From an uncultured bacterium (lineage in GTDB: Bacteria; Armatimonadota; Abditibacteriia; Abditibacteriales; Abditibacteriaceae): 64,000 bases of DNA. A model generated the notes under the pieces. It did not search any database and was not told the DNA's origin. It was given only the letters and a program-made list of their open reading frames with translations. Made by a program: the position numbers and the translations under genes. This document shows positions 41,749-52,169 of this stretch, one piece after another. The DNA lies in NCBI GenBank assembly GCA_963843795.1, contig CAWJLW010000006.1:930001-994000 (forward strand), given 5' to 3'. Numbering within the stretch: the first letter of the stretch is position 1; each line of letters starts with the position of its first letter.

Positions 41749-42720
41749 ATGGCCGCTTCTCAATCTTCCTCGCGCCGCACTCAAACGCCTGCCGCTTCCC
41801 AAAAAGCGTCGGCGTCTGCAGCGTTGCCTCCTCAGGGCGAGGAAACGAATAATGAACATGAAAACGAGCGTGAAACAGACGATCTGGTAGAAAACGAAGC
41901 CATAGAAAACTCGGTTGATCTGGCCGGTGAAAACGAGTCGAAAACGGCTTCGGGCAAAAATTACGGCGACGGCAATTTCGATGAAATTTTCGCATTATGG
42001 CGTCAAAACGGCGACCCGGCTTTGCGCGATCAATTGATTTTGATGCACCGTAATTTGGTGGTTTATCTGGCGCGGCGCTTCGCTGATCGTGGCGAAATTT
42101 ACGAAGACATTGTGCAACAAGGTTTGATCGGCTTAATCAACGCGCTGGACAATTTCGATCCCGCGCGCCGCGTGCGCTTTGCGACCTTTGCCACCCCGAC
42201 CATCATCGGCGAAATTCGACGTTATTTCCGCGACAAAACCTGGAGCGTGCGCGTGCCACGCCGTCTTCAGGAACTGAATCACACCATCAACCGCCGCATC
42301 GAAAGCCTGACCCACGAACTCGACCGCTCGCCGACGTATGCCGAAATCGCGCTCGCATTGGATGTGCAGGAAGAACAAGTTGCCGAAGCTTTAGAAGTGA
42401 CGCATGCCATCGAACCGGCTTCTTTAGACGAAACTTTTTTCAATGATGAAGGCAACTCGGTTCCCATTACCGAACAACTGGGTGCGCAAGACCAAAATCT
42501 GGCCGATGTCGATGAATACGCACAGCTTAATTCCGCGTTGGAGCAGCTCGCACCACGCCAGCGTTTGGTGTTGAAATTGGCTTATTTCGAGGGTTTCAGT
42601 CAGGCCGAAATCGCCGCGAAAATCAAAGTTTCGCCCATGCACGTTTCGCGTCTGCAACGCCACGCTCTGGCGCAGTTGCGCGAAATTTTGGAAGGCGATA
42701 GCGAAGCTTTGGCTTCTTAG
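41749..42720 (+). CDS. SigB/SigF/SigG-family RNA polymerase sigma factor
   Basis: FATFATPTIIGEIRRYFRDKTWSVRVPRRLQE and SQAEIA...SPMHVSRL. Confidence 0.93.
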   Translation: MAASQSSSRRTQTPAASQKASASAALPPQGEETNNEHENERETDDLVENEAIENSVDLAGENESKTASGKNYGDGNFDEIFALWRQNGDPALRDQLILMHRNLVVYLARRFADRGEIYEDIVQQGLIGLINALDNFDPARRVRFATFATPTIIGEIRRYFRDKTWSVRVPRRLQELNHTINRRIESLTHELDRSPTYAEIALALDVQEEQVAEALEVTHAIEPASLDETFFNDEGNSVPITEQLGAQDQNLADVDEYAQLNSALEQLAPRQRLVLKLAYFEGFSQAEIAAKIKVSPMHVSRLQRHALAQLREILEGDSEALAS

Positions 42721-42804
42721 CCAGAAGTCAATTCTACATTTTAAGCTCAAACTTACGCTGCAAGTACTTGCAGCGCGCTTTGCTCATGATATTTTCACGT
42801 TCTC

Positions 42805-43257
42805 ATGAATAACCACTCATTTGCTGACGATGAAGCTGACGAAAACGAATTTTACGACCAGTATGAACGCGCTGCGCAAAATGCGCACGGCACTTTTGGA
42901 GACGAAGATGATTATGGGAGTTGTCCGTTATGCGGTGGTGCGGGCGAAGCCGTAGCTCAGGGCCGCCATCATTGGCTGGTGTGTCATCGCGACCGCGTGA
43001 AGTGGCGCATAGGCACCGGATTATTCGGCAGCGGCTTATTGGGCTGGATTTCGCGCGGTCGTCAGAAATGGGATCGCGTTGGAGATTGGTTTAAAGAATA
43101 TCGCGAAGTCGCGCCCGACATATCTTCTGCGCCAACTCTTTCGCTGCTGCCCGGTTTGCCCAGAAAAAGTTCTTCTGCGCCCACTGAGGCTGAAGCCGAT
43201 GGAGAACGTCCCGACGAAAACGACGAAATTGCGCGCTTGAAACGTATGTTCGATTGA
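42805..43257 (+). CDS. Hypothetical protein, possible Zn-binding (CPLC...CH)
   Basis: The ORF fills the gap between motif-bearing spacers; it has acidic ends and a CxxC. Confidence 0.6.
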   Translation: MNNHSFADDEADENEFYDQYERAAQNAHGTFGDEDDYGSCPLCGGAGEAVAQGRHHWLVCHRDRVKWRIGTGLFGSGLLGWISRGRQKWDRVGDWFKEYREVAPDISSAPTLSLLPGLPRKSSSAPTEAEADGERPDENDEIARLKRMFD

Positions 43258-43393
43258 ATGGAAAAAATTGAACGCCAAATGTGGCAAACAATGGTTTGAA
43301 ATGAGCGGCAATTGCCTTCTGCAAGTACTTGCAGCGATTTTTAAAGCCGTTGTTTTCTCGATTTTCAACGAATAAATTCCCCGCCAGTTTTCT

Positions 43394-46300
43394 ATGAGCC
43401 TTGAATTCTCGCCACCTTCGCAATTTCGCCCGCTTTTGGTTTGGATGTGGACGGGTCATCTCGATCACACATGGTTGTTACGTCAAGTGCGTAAGAGTGC
43501 CGAAGCAGGATTTGGCGGGCTGGTGATCCGCGCGGGTTACGCGATGACGCCAGCGTTTCTGAGCGACGAATGGTTTGTTCTGGTGCGCGCGGTGGCTCAA
43601 GAATGCCACGCTGCGGGCTTGCAATTGTGGCTGGGCGACGAAGGCGCGGGCGCGACGGGAACTTTCAACAGTCAAGACGGCAGCGGGCGTTCGGGTCAGG
43701 GAGCGGGGCGTATCACGCGCGAATCGCCGCAGCTACGGCGCCAAATTCTGAAGTTTTCCAGCGAAACTCTGACGCGCGACGATATTGCGCGCGGCGCGCT
43801 TGATGGGTGGAAGCTCGCACCGCCCGAAGGCGAACTTTTGTATGCGGTCGCGGTACCCAATGCGGGGCGCAAGCTGGATTTCACGCGCGCGGTTCCCCTT
43901 TACCGTTCTGATGCCGAACAGCAAACGCGTTTCATCAAGCGTCTGGGTGGCGACGTGCGCATTCTGACTTTTGCTTTTCAAAGCGCGGATTACGTGGATC
44001 TGCTTAATCCGCAAACTGGAGCGGAGTATCTGCACTCCGTTCACGAACGTTTGCGCGAAGGTCTGGGCGAAGAATGGGATTTGCTGCACGGATTGTGGAC
44101 GCAGTCGCCCGCGTTGCGTCCTCATTTGGGCGCAACTGATGAACTTCCTTGGTCGCCGATTTTGCCTGAAGTTTATGAGCAGCAGCCGGGCTACGAACTG
44201 CTGGAATGGCTGCCCGCGCTTATCGCTGATATCGGCGATGATGCCTCGCGCTTGCGTCAAGATTTCTGGCGCACCGTCAGTGCGATGGAAACCGTGGCGT
44301 TCTGGTCGCCATTGCAGCAGTGGGCGCGCGCGCATAATAAAGAATATGGGGGCTACGCGCCCGGCTGCGAATCCCTGAATGCGGTGGTTGCTTCGCACGG
44401 CGACATCGAGCCGATTTATCGTTTGTGGCCGCGTCCGACTATTGAGGCGGCAGGTTTAAATTGCGGTGATCATCCGCTCGATTTGGGTCGTGCACTGCAC
44501 GCGAAATTGGCGGCTTCGGTTATTGCATTGCATCCGCAGCAAGCGAGCGAAACCCAAAATCAAGTGACGCGCTTGACGGCGGAAGCGTGGCGCGATGGCG
44601 GCTGGGGCGCAACATTGAGCGACCGCATGAGTTCGCTCCATCATTTGTTGCGTCAAGGCGTCAACAGTTTCAGCGCGCATGGCTGGCAAGTGAACGGGCG
44701 CGAAGATATGCCATTTCTGCCCGCGCCCGACGGCCAAAGCCAGCCTTATGTCGCAGGCTGGAAATCGATGAACGCTTATATTGCGCGCTGTTCGTGGCTG
44801 CTTTCGCACGGTCAATCGGGCGCGCGCGTGGCGTTGTTGTGGCCGATTCGTTCGGCTCAGGCGCATCACCATCCGCGCGGCCACCGTTTCACGCGTTGGG
44901 TCGAGGAAGATTTAAACGCGACCGCATTGATGCTGGACGATTTGCATTTTGAATGGCTGTTCGCGACTGAAGACGATATTATGCAGGGCAGCATTGAAAA
45001 CGGCGCGCTGTTTTGTGGCGCGTTACGCCAGCGCTTCGAGTTGATTGTGCTGCCTTCGGTGACAGCATTGGCGCGCGAAACCTGGATGCGTTTGGAAGAA
45101 TTTGTCGAGCAGGGCGGAAAAGTCGCGTGTCTAGGGCTTTTGCCACGCTATTCGCAAAGCGGTCGCGACTTAGCGTTTGAAGAAGAAATTTCACGTTCGA
45201 CAATGGTCACGGTCGATGAACTTTACGCTGCTTACGCGCTGCTTGAAGACAGCGGCGATAGCGCGAGCGCCGCCTCGTTCGCCATGACGCGCGACCACGA
45301 ATCGGGCGGGCGCTTTTCTTCGTATCAACCGCGTCTCAACCCTGATGTGCGCGATGCGCTCTTGCGTGTGCGTCAACTGCTCAAAGAAAGTGTGCTGCCC
45401 GAATTGGAAACTCAAGCCAGCGATATTCTCTATGCGCGCCGTTTGCTCGCCGCCGACGAAATTCTGGGAAACGTGTCCGCCGTCCCTCCGCAAGTACTTG
45501 CGCCCCAGGCCGTGAGCGCGAAAACCGCTGAAGACAAAGACCTCAACACCGAAACTGAAGTCGAGCCAGATCAAGTCACTTTCGCCTGGGATAAGCCTTT
45601 CGACTGGGGCGACAATGCAGCGCAAGATGAGCTTGAAACAACCGACGACGATGATTTTTCCGATGATGAAGACGCGCCACTGCCGATTTTGAACGACCAC
45701 GCTCTCAGCGCGCAGCGCGAACACAAGGGCGGCGATCTGTTCTGGGTTTTTAACGCCAGCGAGCGCGCTCAGAATTGCAATATATTGTTGCGTCCGCGCC
45801 GCGAAGGCGTGCCTTATGAAATCGACGCGTGGACAGGCGAAATGCGCGTTTTGCCCGTCCGCATGAATTTCGATGAATTTGAAGGCGGTGGCCTGAGCCT
45901 GGCTTTGGAAATGGCACCACAACAAGCGCGTTTACTATGGGTTCGCCCCAATGAAGCGGACGAAGCGCAGCAGCCTCACATCGAAGCCGCGACGTGGATG
46001 GTAGAAGGTTGGGACGGGCGGTTGGCGCGCGGTTACGTCACGCACAGTGGTGCGCCGCGCACCGCCATTCGGCGTGGCGAAAGTTTGCAGCGTCACAGCG
46101 GCGAATCGGTCAAAGTGCCTGCGCCTTTGCTGATGCCCGATACGTGGCAGGCCAATCGCGTCGGCCCCAATGTTCTGGTTCCGCCGTTGTGGCAATGGCA
46201 GCGAGGTCGTCATTTGCCCGGCCAACAACGCTTGCTTTTCGGGCGCGAACAATGGCAGTCTTTGCCCGCTCACGACGCCGATTTAGCGCGCGATGCATTC

Positions 46301-47047
46301 GAGCGTTTAGAAGTTTCCGGCATTGTGACATTACGCACACAATTCGAAATCGCCCAGCTTCCCGATGAACTTTTTCTGCCTTTGGCTGCTTTGGATGTGC
46401 CGTATGATTTGTATTTGAATGGCGAATTACTGGACGAGCTGCGCCCCGACTGGAGCGTGCAAACTCCGTTCGAAGGCGCGCAGTGGCACTGGTTCGATCT
46501 CGCGCCCTATGCCAAAATCGGTCAGAACATTCTGTCGTGCGTGGTCGATTGTCGCGAGCGAACTGTGGAAACCAGCCAAAGCCACGTCGTGGCGCGTGTG
46601 CCCGGCCCGCCGCGCTTGCTGGGCGATTTCAGCCTCACGCCCGATGGTGCAATCACCGCGCCGCAATCGTTGGTTTTGCACGGCGAATCGTGGCACGAAC
46701 AAGGCTTGCCCTTTTATGCCGGAGCCATCGATTATCGTCAGTGGATTAAAACGCCCGACGATTGGCAGCGCTGTCGCATTTTTCTGGAATTGTCGCGCTG
46801 TCGCGATGTCACCGGTTTATGGCTCAACGGTCGTTTCATCGACCAAAAAATTTGCGTGCCTTATCGTTTCGATGTCACGCGCCAGATTATCAAAGGCGCA
46901 TCAAACGAAGTGCGCCTGCGCGTGTGGAATACGGCGCAGGCGTTGTTTGAAGCGCACGATGCGCCGCCTGCGCCTTCGGGTTTGTTGGGGCCGGTGCGCT
47001 TAGTCGCATATCCGCTGATAACGCCGCTAATAGAGAATGAACGATAA
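43394..47047 (+). CDS. Large glycoside hydrolase-like protein (GH106 alpha-L-rhamnosidase-like) with GH2-type sugar-binding C-terminus
   Basis: FRPLLVWMW, FLSDEWF, LWLGDE, VDLLNP, LPWS, RQDFWR, SWHEQGLPFYAG and SGLLGPVRL. Several motifs look divergent. Confidence 0.75.
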   Translation: MSLEFSPPSQFRPLLVWMWTGHLDHTWLLRQVRKSAEAGFGGLVIRAGYAMTPAFLSDEWFVLVRAVAQECHAAGLQLWLGDEGAGATGTFNSQDGSGRSGQGAGRITRESPQLRRQILKFSSETLTRDDIARGALDGWKLAPPEGELLYAVAVPNAGRKLDFTRAVPLYRSDAEQQTRFIKRLGGDVRILTFAFQSADYVDLLNPQTGAEYLHSVHERLREGLGEEWDLLHGLWTQSPALRPHLGATDELPWSPILPEVYEQQPGYELLEWLPALIADIGDDASRLRQDFWRTVSAMETVAFWSPLQQWARAHNKEYGGYAPGCESLNAVVASHGDIEPIYRLWPRPTIEAAGLNCGDHPLDLGRALHAKLAASVIALHPQQASETQNQVTRLTAEAWRDGGWGATLSDRMSSLHHLLRQGVNSFSAHGWQVNGREDMPFLPAPDGQSQPYVAGWKSMNAYIARCSWLLSHGQSGARVALLWPIRSAQAHHHPRGHRFTRWVEEDLNATALMLDDLHFEWLFATEDDIMQGSIENGALFCGALRQRFELIVLPSVTALARETWMRLEEFVEQGGKVACLGLLPRYSQSGRDLAFEEEISRSTMVTVDELYAAYALLEDSGDSASAASFAMTRDHESGGRFSSYQPRLNPDVRDALLRVRQLLKESVLPELETQASDILYARRLLAADEILGNVSAVPPQVLAPQAVSAKTAEDKDLNTETEVEPDQVTFAWDKPFDWGDNAAQDELETTDDDDFSDDEDAPLPILNDHALSAQREHKGGDLFWVFNASERAQNCNILLRPRREGVPYEIDAWTGEMRVLPVRMNFDEFEGGGLSLALEMAPQQARLLWVRPNEADEAQQPHIEAATWMVEGWDGRLARGYVTHSGAPRTAIRRGESLQRHSGESVKVPAPLLMPDTWQANRVGPNVLVPPLWQWQRGRHLPGQQRLLFGREQWQSLPAHDADLARDAFERLEVSGIVTLRTQFEIAQLPDELFLPLAALDVPYDLYLNGELLDELRPDWSVQTPFEGAQWHWFDLAPYAKIGQNILSCVVDCRERTVETSQSHVVARVPGPPRLLGDFSLTPDGAITAPQSLVLHGESWHEQGLPFYAGAIDYRQWIKTPDDWQRCRIFLELSRCRDVTGLWLNGRFIDQKICVPYRFDVTRQIIKGASNEVRLRVWNTAQALFEAHDAPPAPSGLLGPVRLVAYPLITPLIENER

Positions 47048-47056
47048 AATCAAGAA

Positions 47057-47090
47057 AAAAGCGCCCTGCAAGTACTTGCAGGGCGCTTTT
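47057..47090. terminator. 34-bp perfect palindrome centred on the motif; bidirectional terminator
   Basis: aaaagcgccctGCAAGTACTTGCagggcgctttt between convergent genes. Confidence 0.85.
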
Positions 47091-47107
47091 CTACCGAGTA
47101 ACGGGGT

Positions 47108-47884
47108 TCAACTCACATCAGCGTTGAAAGTTGGGTTGTTGCCAGATGTCGAGCCTGGAGTAACCCAGTTGTAAATGGCAGCGCTCATCGAAGGCGTTTG
47201 GCCGCGATACGCTTTGACGTGTCCATCGCAAAACAAGACGTTTTGGGTTTCTAAATGGCGTTGCGCCGACTTGCCATCGCCATAAGAAAAAGTGGCGAGA
47301 CCGGGACTGGCGCAAGGAAACGCACCGCCATCGCAACCCATCGTCCAAGCATCGGCGAAAGCCGCACTGTGATCGACAATCATCACCGTCGTGGAAACAC
47401 GATTCACTGCAGCGACTGATAAACCGCGATTGGTGTAGGTGGGAATATCGTATCCCAACACCAAATTATAAGAATAGTCAGTGCAGCCAGCCGTGTAGGA
47501 ATTGGTGCAATCGCGTGGTGGAGTGGGTTCGCTGGGGCATTGAAGCACTTGAATGCTTTTTAGATAAGGTTGAATCACCAACCATGTTCCGCCAAAGCCA
47601 TTGCCTCCGCCGCCAGCGGCGTTGCCGTTATTGCGCAAAAGTGGAAACTTTTCGTCGTAATCCTGTTGATACTGAATCACACCCAAGCCAATTTGCTTCA
47701 AGTTGCTGGAACAGCTGGCACGACGCGCGTTTTCGCGCGCCCGCGCAAAAACCGGAAACAAAATAGCAGCCAGAATGGCAATAATTGCTATCACGACTAA
47801 AAGCTCGATCAGCGTGAAAGCATTGAGACGCTTTTGTTGCATTGTGTAGATTGTGGCTTTGCGACGAAAATTCAATTTCGACAT
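47108..47884 (-). CDS. Prepilin-type N-terminal cleavage/methylation protein (DUF1559, H-X9-DG motif)
   Basis: [44 protein letters not shown] and [16 protein letters not shown]. The start may be at 47842. Confidence 0.93.
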   Translation of the reverse strand: MSKLNFRRKATIYTMQQKRLNAFTLIELLVVIAIIAILAAILFPVFARARENARRASCSSNLKQIGLGVIQYQQDYDEKFPLLRNNGNAAGGGGNGFGGTWLVIQPYLKSIQVLQCPSEPTPPRDCTNSYTAGCTDYSYNLVLGYDIPTYTNRGLSVAAVNRVSTTVMIVDHSAAFADAWTMGCDGGAFPCASPGLATFSYGDGKSAQRHLETQNVLFCDGHVKAYRGQTPSMSAAIYNWVTPGSTSGNNPTFNADVS

Positions 47885-48055
47885 CACTTAAGCGACCTCC
47901 TGCACATTTGAATCAGAGTTTGACAGGGAATAAAATTTGTCAAACGATTCCGTAATTTAGCTGTGCATGGTAAAAGATATGACCCCTACCGGAAATTAAC
48001 TAACTGCTATTTCCGGCATTATAGGATATTACCGACACCAAAATTGAATTCGGCT

Positions 48056-48502
48056 TCATTTCACCAGCTTCCAGCCAAAGGCCTGTGCGAAAACCTGCAG
48101 TTCTTCGCGCACGCGAAACATTTGAGGCCTTTGAGCACCGCGCGGCGCTTTAATTTCAAAAGCGCTGACTTGCTTATTGAATTTCAACATCGCGTCTTGC
48201 CATTGTTGCAACAGGGGAGAAATTTCTTCGTTGCGACTGCGAATATCGTGCGCTTTGGTGAACACGCGCTCGCGCAGTGCAAGTACTTGCAGGCGATGTT
48301 CGTCGATTTCGCGACGTTCATCAATCCAGGGTGGCGTCACGTTCGCATCGCGCAGAACTTTGTTGGCCAAGCGCAGATGTTCGGGCACGTCGCTGTCATC
48401 TTCCAAATGCAGCGGTTTGCCTTTGCCGGGCAAATCGTCCCACTCACCGGAACGAATTGCCTCGTCGATTTTGTTGCGCGCCATTTCTCGCCAGAAATCC
48501 AT
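48056..48502 (-). CDS. DUF1992 domain protein
   Basis: KIDEAIRSGEWDDLPGKGKPL and PPWI. Confidence 0.88.
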   Translation of the reverse strand: MDFWREMARNKIDEAIRSGEWDDLPGKGKPLHLEDDSDVPEHLRLANKVLRDANVTPPWIDERREIDEHRLQVLALRERVFTKAHDIRSRNEEISPLLQQWQDAMLKFNKQVSAFEIKAPRGAQRPQMFRVREELQVFAQAFGWKLVK

Positions 48503-48534
48503 AAGTCTGATGGAAGTAAAATTCTATCTTTTGC

Positions 48535-49383
48535 TTAATCGTCTTTCATCAAGCGCTCGAACTGCTTGCGTCGACGGCGTTTGGCGATCATTTCGATGGG
48601 ATTATAATCGCGCCACGTTTTGCGATCATCGGGCGGTGTCGAAATTTTGCTGCGTGGGTTATTAAGTGGGTTGTTGAGTGGCGATGCGCGGCGCGCTTGC
48701 GCTTTGGGCTTCGGGCCGCGCGTGAAGCTATCGTAGCGCGGCGGTGCGGCATAGGCAGCAGTATAAGCGCTGCTTTCCCAGCGCCTTGAGCGTGCCCACC
48801 AAAAAGCGAAGGCGCAGCCGCCCAGAGCGAACAAGCCCAGCAGCGGATGAATCGACATGTGTACGAAGAAAATAATCAGGACTTCGCCCAGCGCAATCCA
48901 TTTCGCCAGAATGGGAATGATGCCATAAAGCAAAATGCTTTGCTCGGGATTTAACATACACCACGCCAGCACCATTGCGCCCAACGGTAACCACGAAGCG
49001 ACAGGGACACTTTGACCGATAATTGACGCGCCCAACGAAAAAGAAAGAACTGTAACCAGCGACACTAAAACCCAGAAAATCGCAAAGGTGCGAGTGCCCC
49101 AACTGCGCTCTAGTGAGCCGCCAAACCACCACAACATCAGGCCACCAAACAACAAGCCGAGAATATTCGGAAATAAATTGAGAATCGGATAAGTCAGGAT
49201 GCGCCAAGGCTGCATCAAAGACATTGGTGCGATAAAAAAGCCGTTCTGTGCCATCAGTTGCGCGAGACCAGCGCTCATAGAAAGCAGAAAAGTTAAAACG
49301 CTCAGACCGAGCAGCGTCCATGTGAAAGGTGTATTGGTACTTCGAAGATTGTCGGAGGCGCGGTTCAAAAAAGGTGTTTGCAT
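48535..49383 (-). CDS. Rhomboid-like membrane protein
   Basis: QPWRILTYP and LWWFGGSLERSWG; about 6 TMs; catalytic residues not evident. Confidence 0.7.
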   Translation of the reverse strand: MQTPFLNRASDNLRSTNTPFTWTLLGLSVLTFLLSMSAGLAQLMAQNGFFIAPMSLMQPWRILTYPILNLFPNILGLLFGGLMLWWFGGSLERSWGTRTFAIFWVLVSLVTVLSFSLGASIIGQSVPVASWLPLGAMVLAWCMLNPEQSILLYGIIPILAKWIALGEVLIIFFVHMSIHPLLGLFALGGCAFAFWWARSRRWESSAYTAAYAAPPRYDSFTRGPKPKAQARRASPLNNPLNNPRSKISTPPDDRKTWRDYNPIEMIAKRRRRKQFERLMKDD

Positions 49384-49591
49384 AAATTCACACAAAGCTA
49401 ACTGACAAGCAAAATTTGCACGGCGAAATCGCGTTTACAGGCTGCAAGTACTTGCAGTGATGATTCACATAATGGAGCGATATTCAAGATTGTGCGTTTG
49501 CAACGCATAGTTTAACGATGTTTACTGTGCGTTTCGCGTTCTCAAAATTCAATTGTCAAAAATTTGCACTGCCACCATTCTTCTGATTCTT

Positions 49592-50422
49592 ATGACGACA
49601 ACCGCTTCCCAATCGACTGCCACGCGTCCGCGCCTGAGTGAAGAACAAGTCGCATTTTACAATCACGAAGGCTATCTGATTCCCGATCAGCCGGTTTTTG
49701 CACCGCAGAAATTTGCCGCTCTCAAAGCGCATTTCGAGGAAAAGCTGCTCACATTGCCCGAAGATTTTCGCCCCGAAGCGATGGACGTGCCGCACTTTGC
49801 CGATCCGAAACTGTTCGACTGGCTTTTCGATGACGATGTGTTGGATTTAATTGAGCCAATTATTGGGCCAAATATTGCGTTGTGGAGCAGCCATTTTATT
49901 TCCAAGCCCCAAGGTGATGGCAGGCGCGTTCCATGGCACGAAGATTCGTCCTACTGGCGTGGCCGTTTGAACCCGATGCAAGTGATTACAGTCTGGCTCG
50001 CAATCGATCCCTCCAGCCCGGAAAACGGTGGAATGTCGGTCATTCCTCGTACGCACAATACCGGGCGCGCCGGCTTTTCCGATTATGCTGCGGTCGATGC
50101 CGGGAGCAATGTATTTGCGACCGAGATATTGGAAAACCAACGGCCCGAAGCTCGCGCCGTGCCTTGCATTTTGCAGCCCAACTATTGTTCGTTGCACGAT
50201 GGCCGCTTGATGCACGGTAGCCCACCCAATACCAGCACGCAACGCCGCTGCGGCTATACCATGCGCTATATTCCTACCAGCGTAAAATGGACAGCGGAAA
50301 GTGGTCATCAATTATATTTGGCGCGCGGCCATGACATCGCCGGAAACCAATACGCCGACGCGGGCAAAGCCTATCCTGAACTGGCGCGCTGGCGCGAAGT
50401 TCACAAACGCGGCGGACACTGA
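49592..50422 (+). CDS. Phytanoyl-CoA dioxygenase (PhyH) family Fe/2OG enzyme
   Basis: PWHEDSSYW, TVWLAID, ENGGM and HGSPPNTS. Confidence 0.9.
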   Translation: MTTTASQSTATRPRLSEEQVAFYNHEGYLIPDQPVFAPQKFAALKAHFEEKLLTLPEDFRPEAMDVPHFADPKLFDWLFDDDVLDLIEPIIGPNIALWSSHFISKPQGDGRRVPWHEDSSYWRGRLNPMQVITVWLAIDPSSPENGGMSVIPRTHNTGRAGFSDYAAVDAGSNVFATEILENQRPEARAVPCILQPNYCSLHDGRLMHGSPPNTSTQRRCGYTMRYIPTSVKWTAESGHQLYLARGHDIAGNQYADAGKAYPELARWREVHKRGGH

Positions 50423-50442
50423 AACGTTATTAACGAGACGTT

Positions 50443-51900
50443 ATGAAGAAATATAAAAACCAAGTTGAAGAACAAGAACAATTGCGCCTTGATCGCAACA
50501 ATTCCGAGCGCCAAAGTGACGCGCGCGAAGTTTCCAACGCGCTTCTCAAAACTTACGGGCGCGGCGTGGTTTTGTCGGAAATCGAGGCCGGTTCCATCGC
50601 CGAAGAATTGGGTTTGCAGCCCGGCGACCGTTTGGTCCAGATCAACGAAGAACCCGCGCGCGATGCAATTCAGTGGAAAATGGCCGATTCAACCGAGCAA
50701 CTTTCTATCACCATCATTTCAAAAAATGAAGAAGTGCAACTTTTTGAAATTGAAAAAGACGCTTTCGAGCCGGTCGGAATCGGTATTGATTCCGAACTGT
50801 TCGACGGCGTAAAACGTTGCACCAATAAATGTCCTTTCTGCTTCGTCGATCAATTGCCGCCGCGCGTCAAAAATAGCTTTGGTGCCAAAGACAAATTTAA
50901 AAACCTGCGCCGCACGTTGTATGTGCGCGATGATGATTATCGTCTGAGTTTTCTTCATGGTCATTACATCACGCTCACCAATCTCAAAGACGCCGATTAC
51001 GAGCGCATTATTCGTGAAAAACTGACGCCTCTGTGCGTTTCGGTTCACGCGACCGACCCTGAAACGCGCATCAAAATGGTTGGCAATAAAAGCGCCGGCA
51101 ACATTATGGAGCGTTTAGAATTTCTGATAGACAACGGAATTCAGGTCAATACGCAAATTGTGCTCTGTCCCGAAGTGAATGACGGCGCAATTTTAGAGCG
51201 TTCAATCGAAGATTTGATGAGCTTATGGCCGGGTGTTGAGTCGATGGCAATTGTGCCCGCTGGCCTCACCAAATGGCTGCCGCCCGAGCGTGGTTTGCGC
51301 ACCGTGCGACCCGCTGAAGCCGCGCGCATTCTGGAACAAATCAAACCGTTTCAGCGCCGCGCCAAGGAAAAATTTGGAGCACGCTTCGTTTACGCTTCCG
51401 ATGAAATGTATCTTTTGGCCAATCAGCCGGTTCCGGGTGCGAGCTATTACGATGGCTTTCCACAGTATGCTAACGGCGTCGGCACGATTCGCAATTTTCT
51501 CGATGAAGTTACTAAATTGAAGCGCAAAAAGGCGCAGCAAGTACTTGCACAGAAGAAAATCACGCTCGTGACCGGAACTTTGGCCTCCGATGCATTGCAA
51601 GAATTAGCGAACGTGGTTAATGAGCGCGGTCTCGCGCAAGCGCAAGTGATTACCATTCAAAACACTTTCTGGGGTGGCAATGTCGGTTGCGCGGGTTTGA
51701 TTATGGGCGAAGAACTGCTGGCCCAACTCAAAGGCGTCGATTGCGGCGAAATGATTTTCCTACCGCCGGATGCCGTCGATAACCAGAATCGAATGCTCGA
51801 CGACATCACGCTGGATGAACTGAGCGCGCAACTGGGAACCCAAGTGCGCTGCGACGCCAGCGGCCCGATGGAACTCGCGCAGATTTTAGCGGCGAGCTGA
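50443..51900 (+). CDS. PDZ + DUF512 radical-SAM-like Fe-S protein
   Basis: CTNKCPFCFVDQLP, DDDYRLSFLHG and QIVLCP; upstream of der. Confidence 0.92.
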   Translation: MKKYKNQVEEQEQLRLDRNNSERQSDAREVSNALLKTYGRGVVLSEIEAGSIAEELGLQPGDRLVQINEEPARDAIQWKMADSTEQLSITIISKNEEVQLFEIEKDAFEPVGIGIDSELFDGVKRCTNKCPFCFVDQLPPRVKNSFGAKDKFKNLRRTLYVRDDDYRLSFLHGHYITLTNLKDADYERIIREKLTPLCVSVHATDPETRIKMVGNKSAGNIMERLEFLIDNGIQVNTQIVLCPEVNDGAILERSIEDLMSLWPGVESMAIVPAGLTKWLPPERGLRTVRPAEAARILEQIKPFQRRAKEKFGARFVYASDEMYLLANQPVPGASYYDGFPQYANGVGTIRNFLDEVTKLKRKKAQQVLAQKKITLVTGTLASDALQELANVVNERGLAQAQVITIQNTFWGGNVGCAGLIMGEELLAQLKGVDCGEMIFLPPDAVDNQNRMLDDITLDELSAQLGTQVRCDASGPMELAQILAAS

Positions 51901-51906
51901 AAATTA

Positions 51907-51968
51907 AATTTTAAAACAACAACAGCGCGCTGCAAGTACTTGCAGCGCGCTGTTGTTGTTTTAAAATT
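51907..51968. repeat. 62-bp perfect palindrome centred on the motif (possible terminator or cruciform)
   Basis: aattttaaaacaacaacagcgcgctGCAAGTACTTGCagcgcgctgttgttgttttaaaatt. Confidence 0.9.
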
Positions 51969-52169
51969 GCAGGATATATGCGTTTTGTAAACAACAAAAT
52001 CTAACTGTATAATACGTGAAGTATTCCCAAAACGTTGAAGTTCAACATCTTCGCTATGGGAATTAGTGGTTTTAATCGCGTAAATTTGCTTCTTAATTAC
52101 GAATATCACATAGCCTCGTAAGTCGTTGCTTCGTGCCATGCCGCCCAAACCGGTAAACTACGCGGTCTT

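Noticed and set aside
51657..52148. Minus-strand ORF across the AT-rich spacer before der
   Set aside because: It overlaps the DUF512 gene and the 62-bp palindrome and has no protein-like features. It may be promoter DNA or a remnant.
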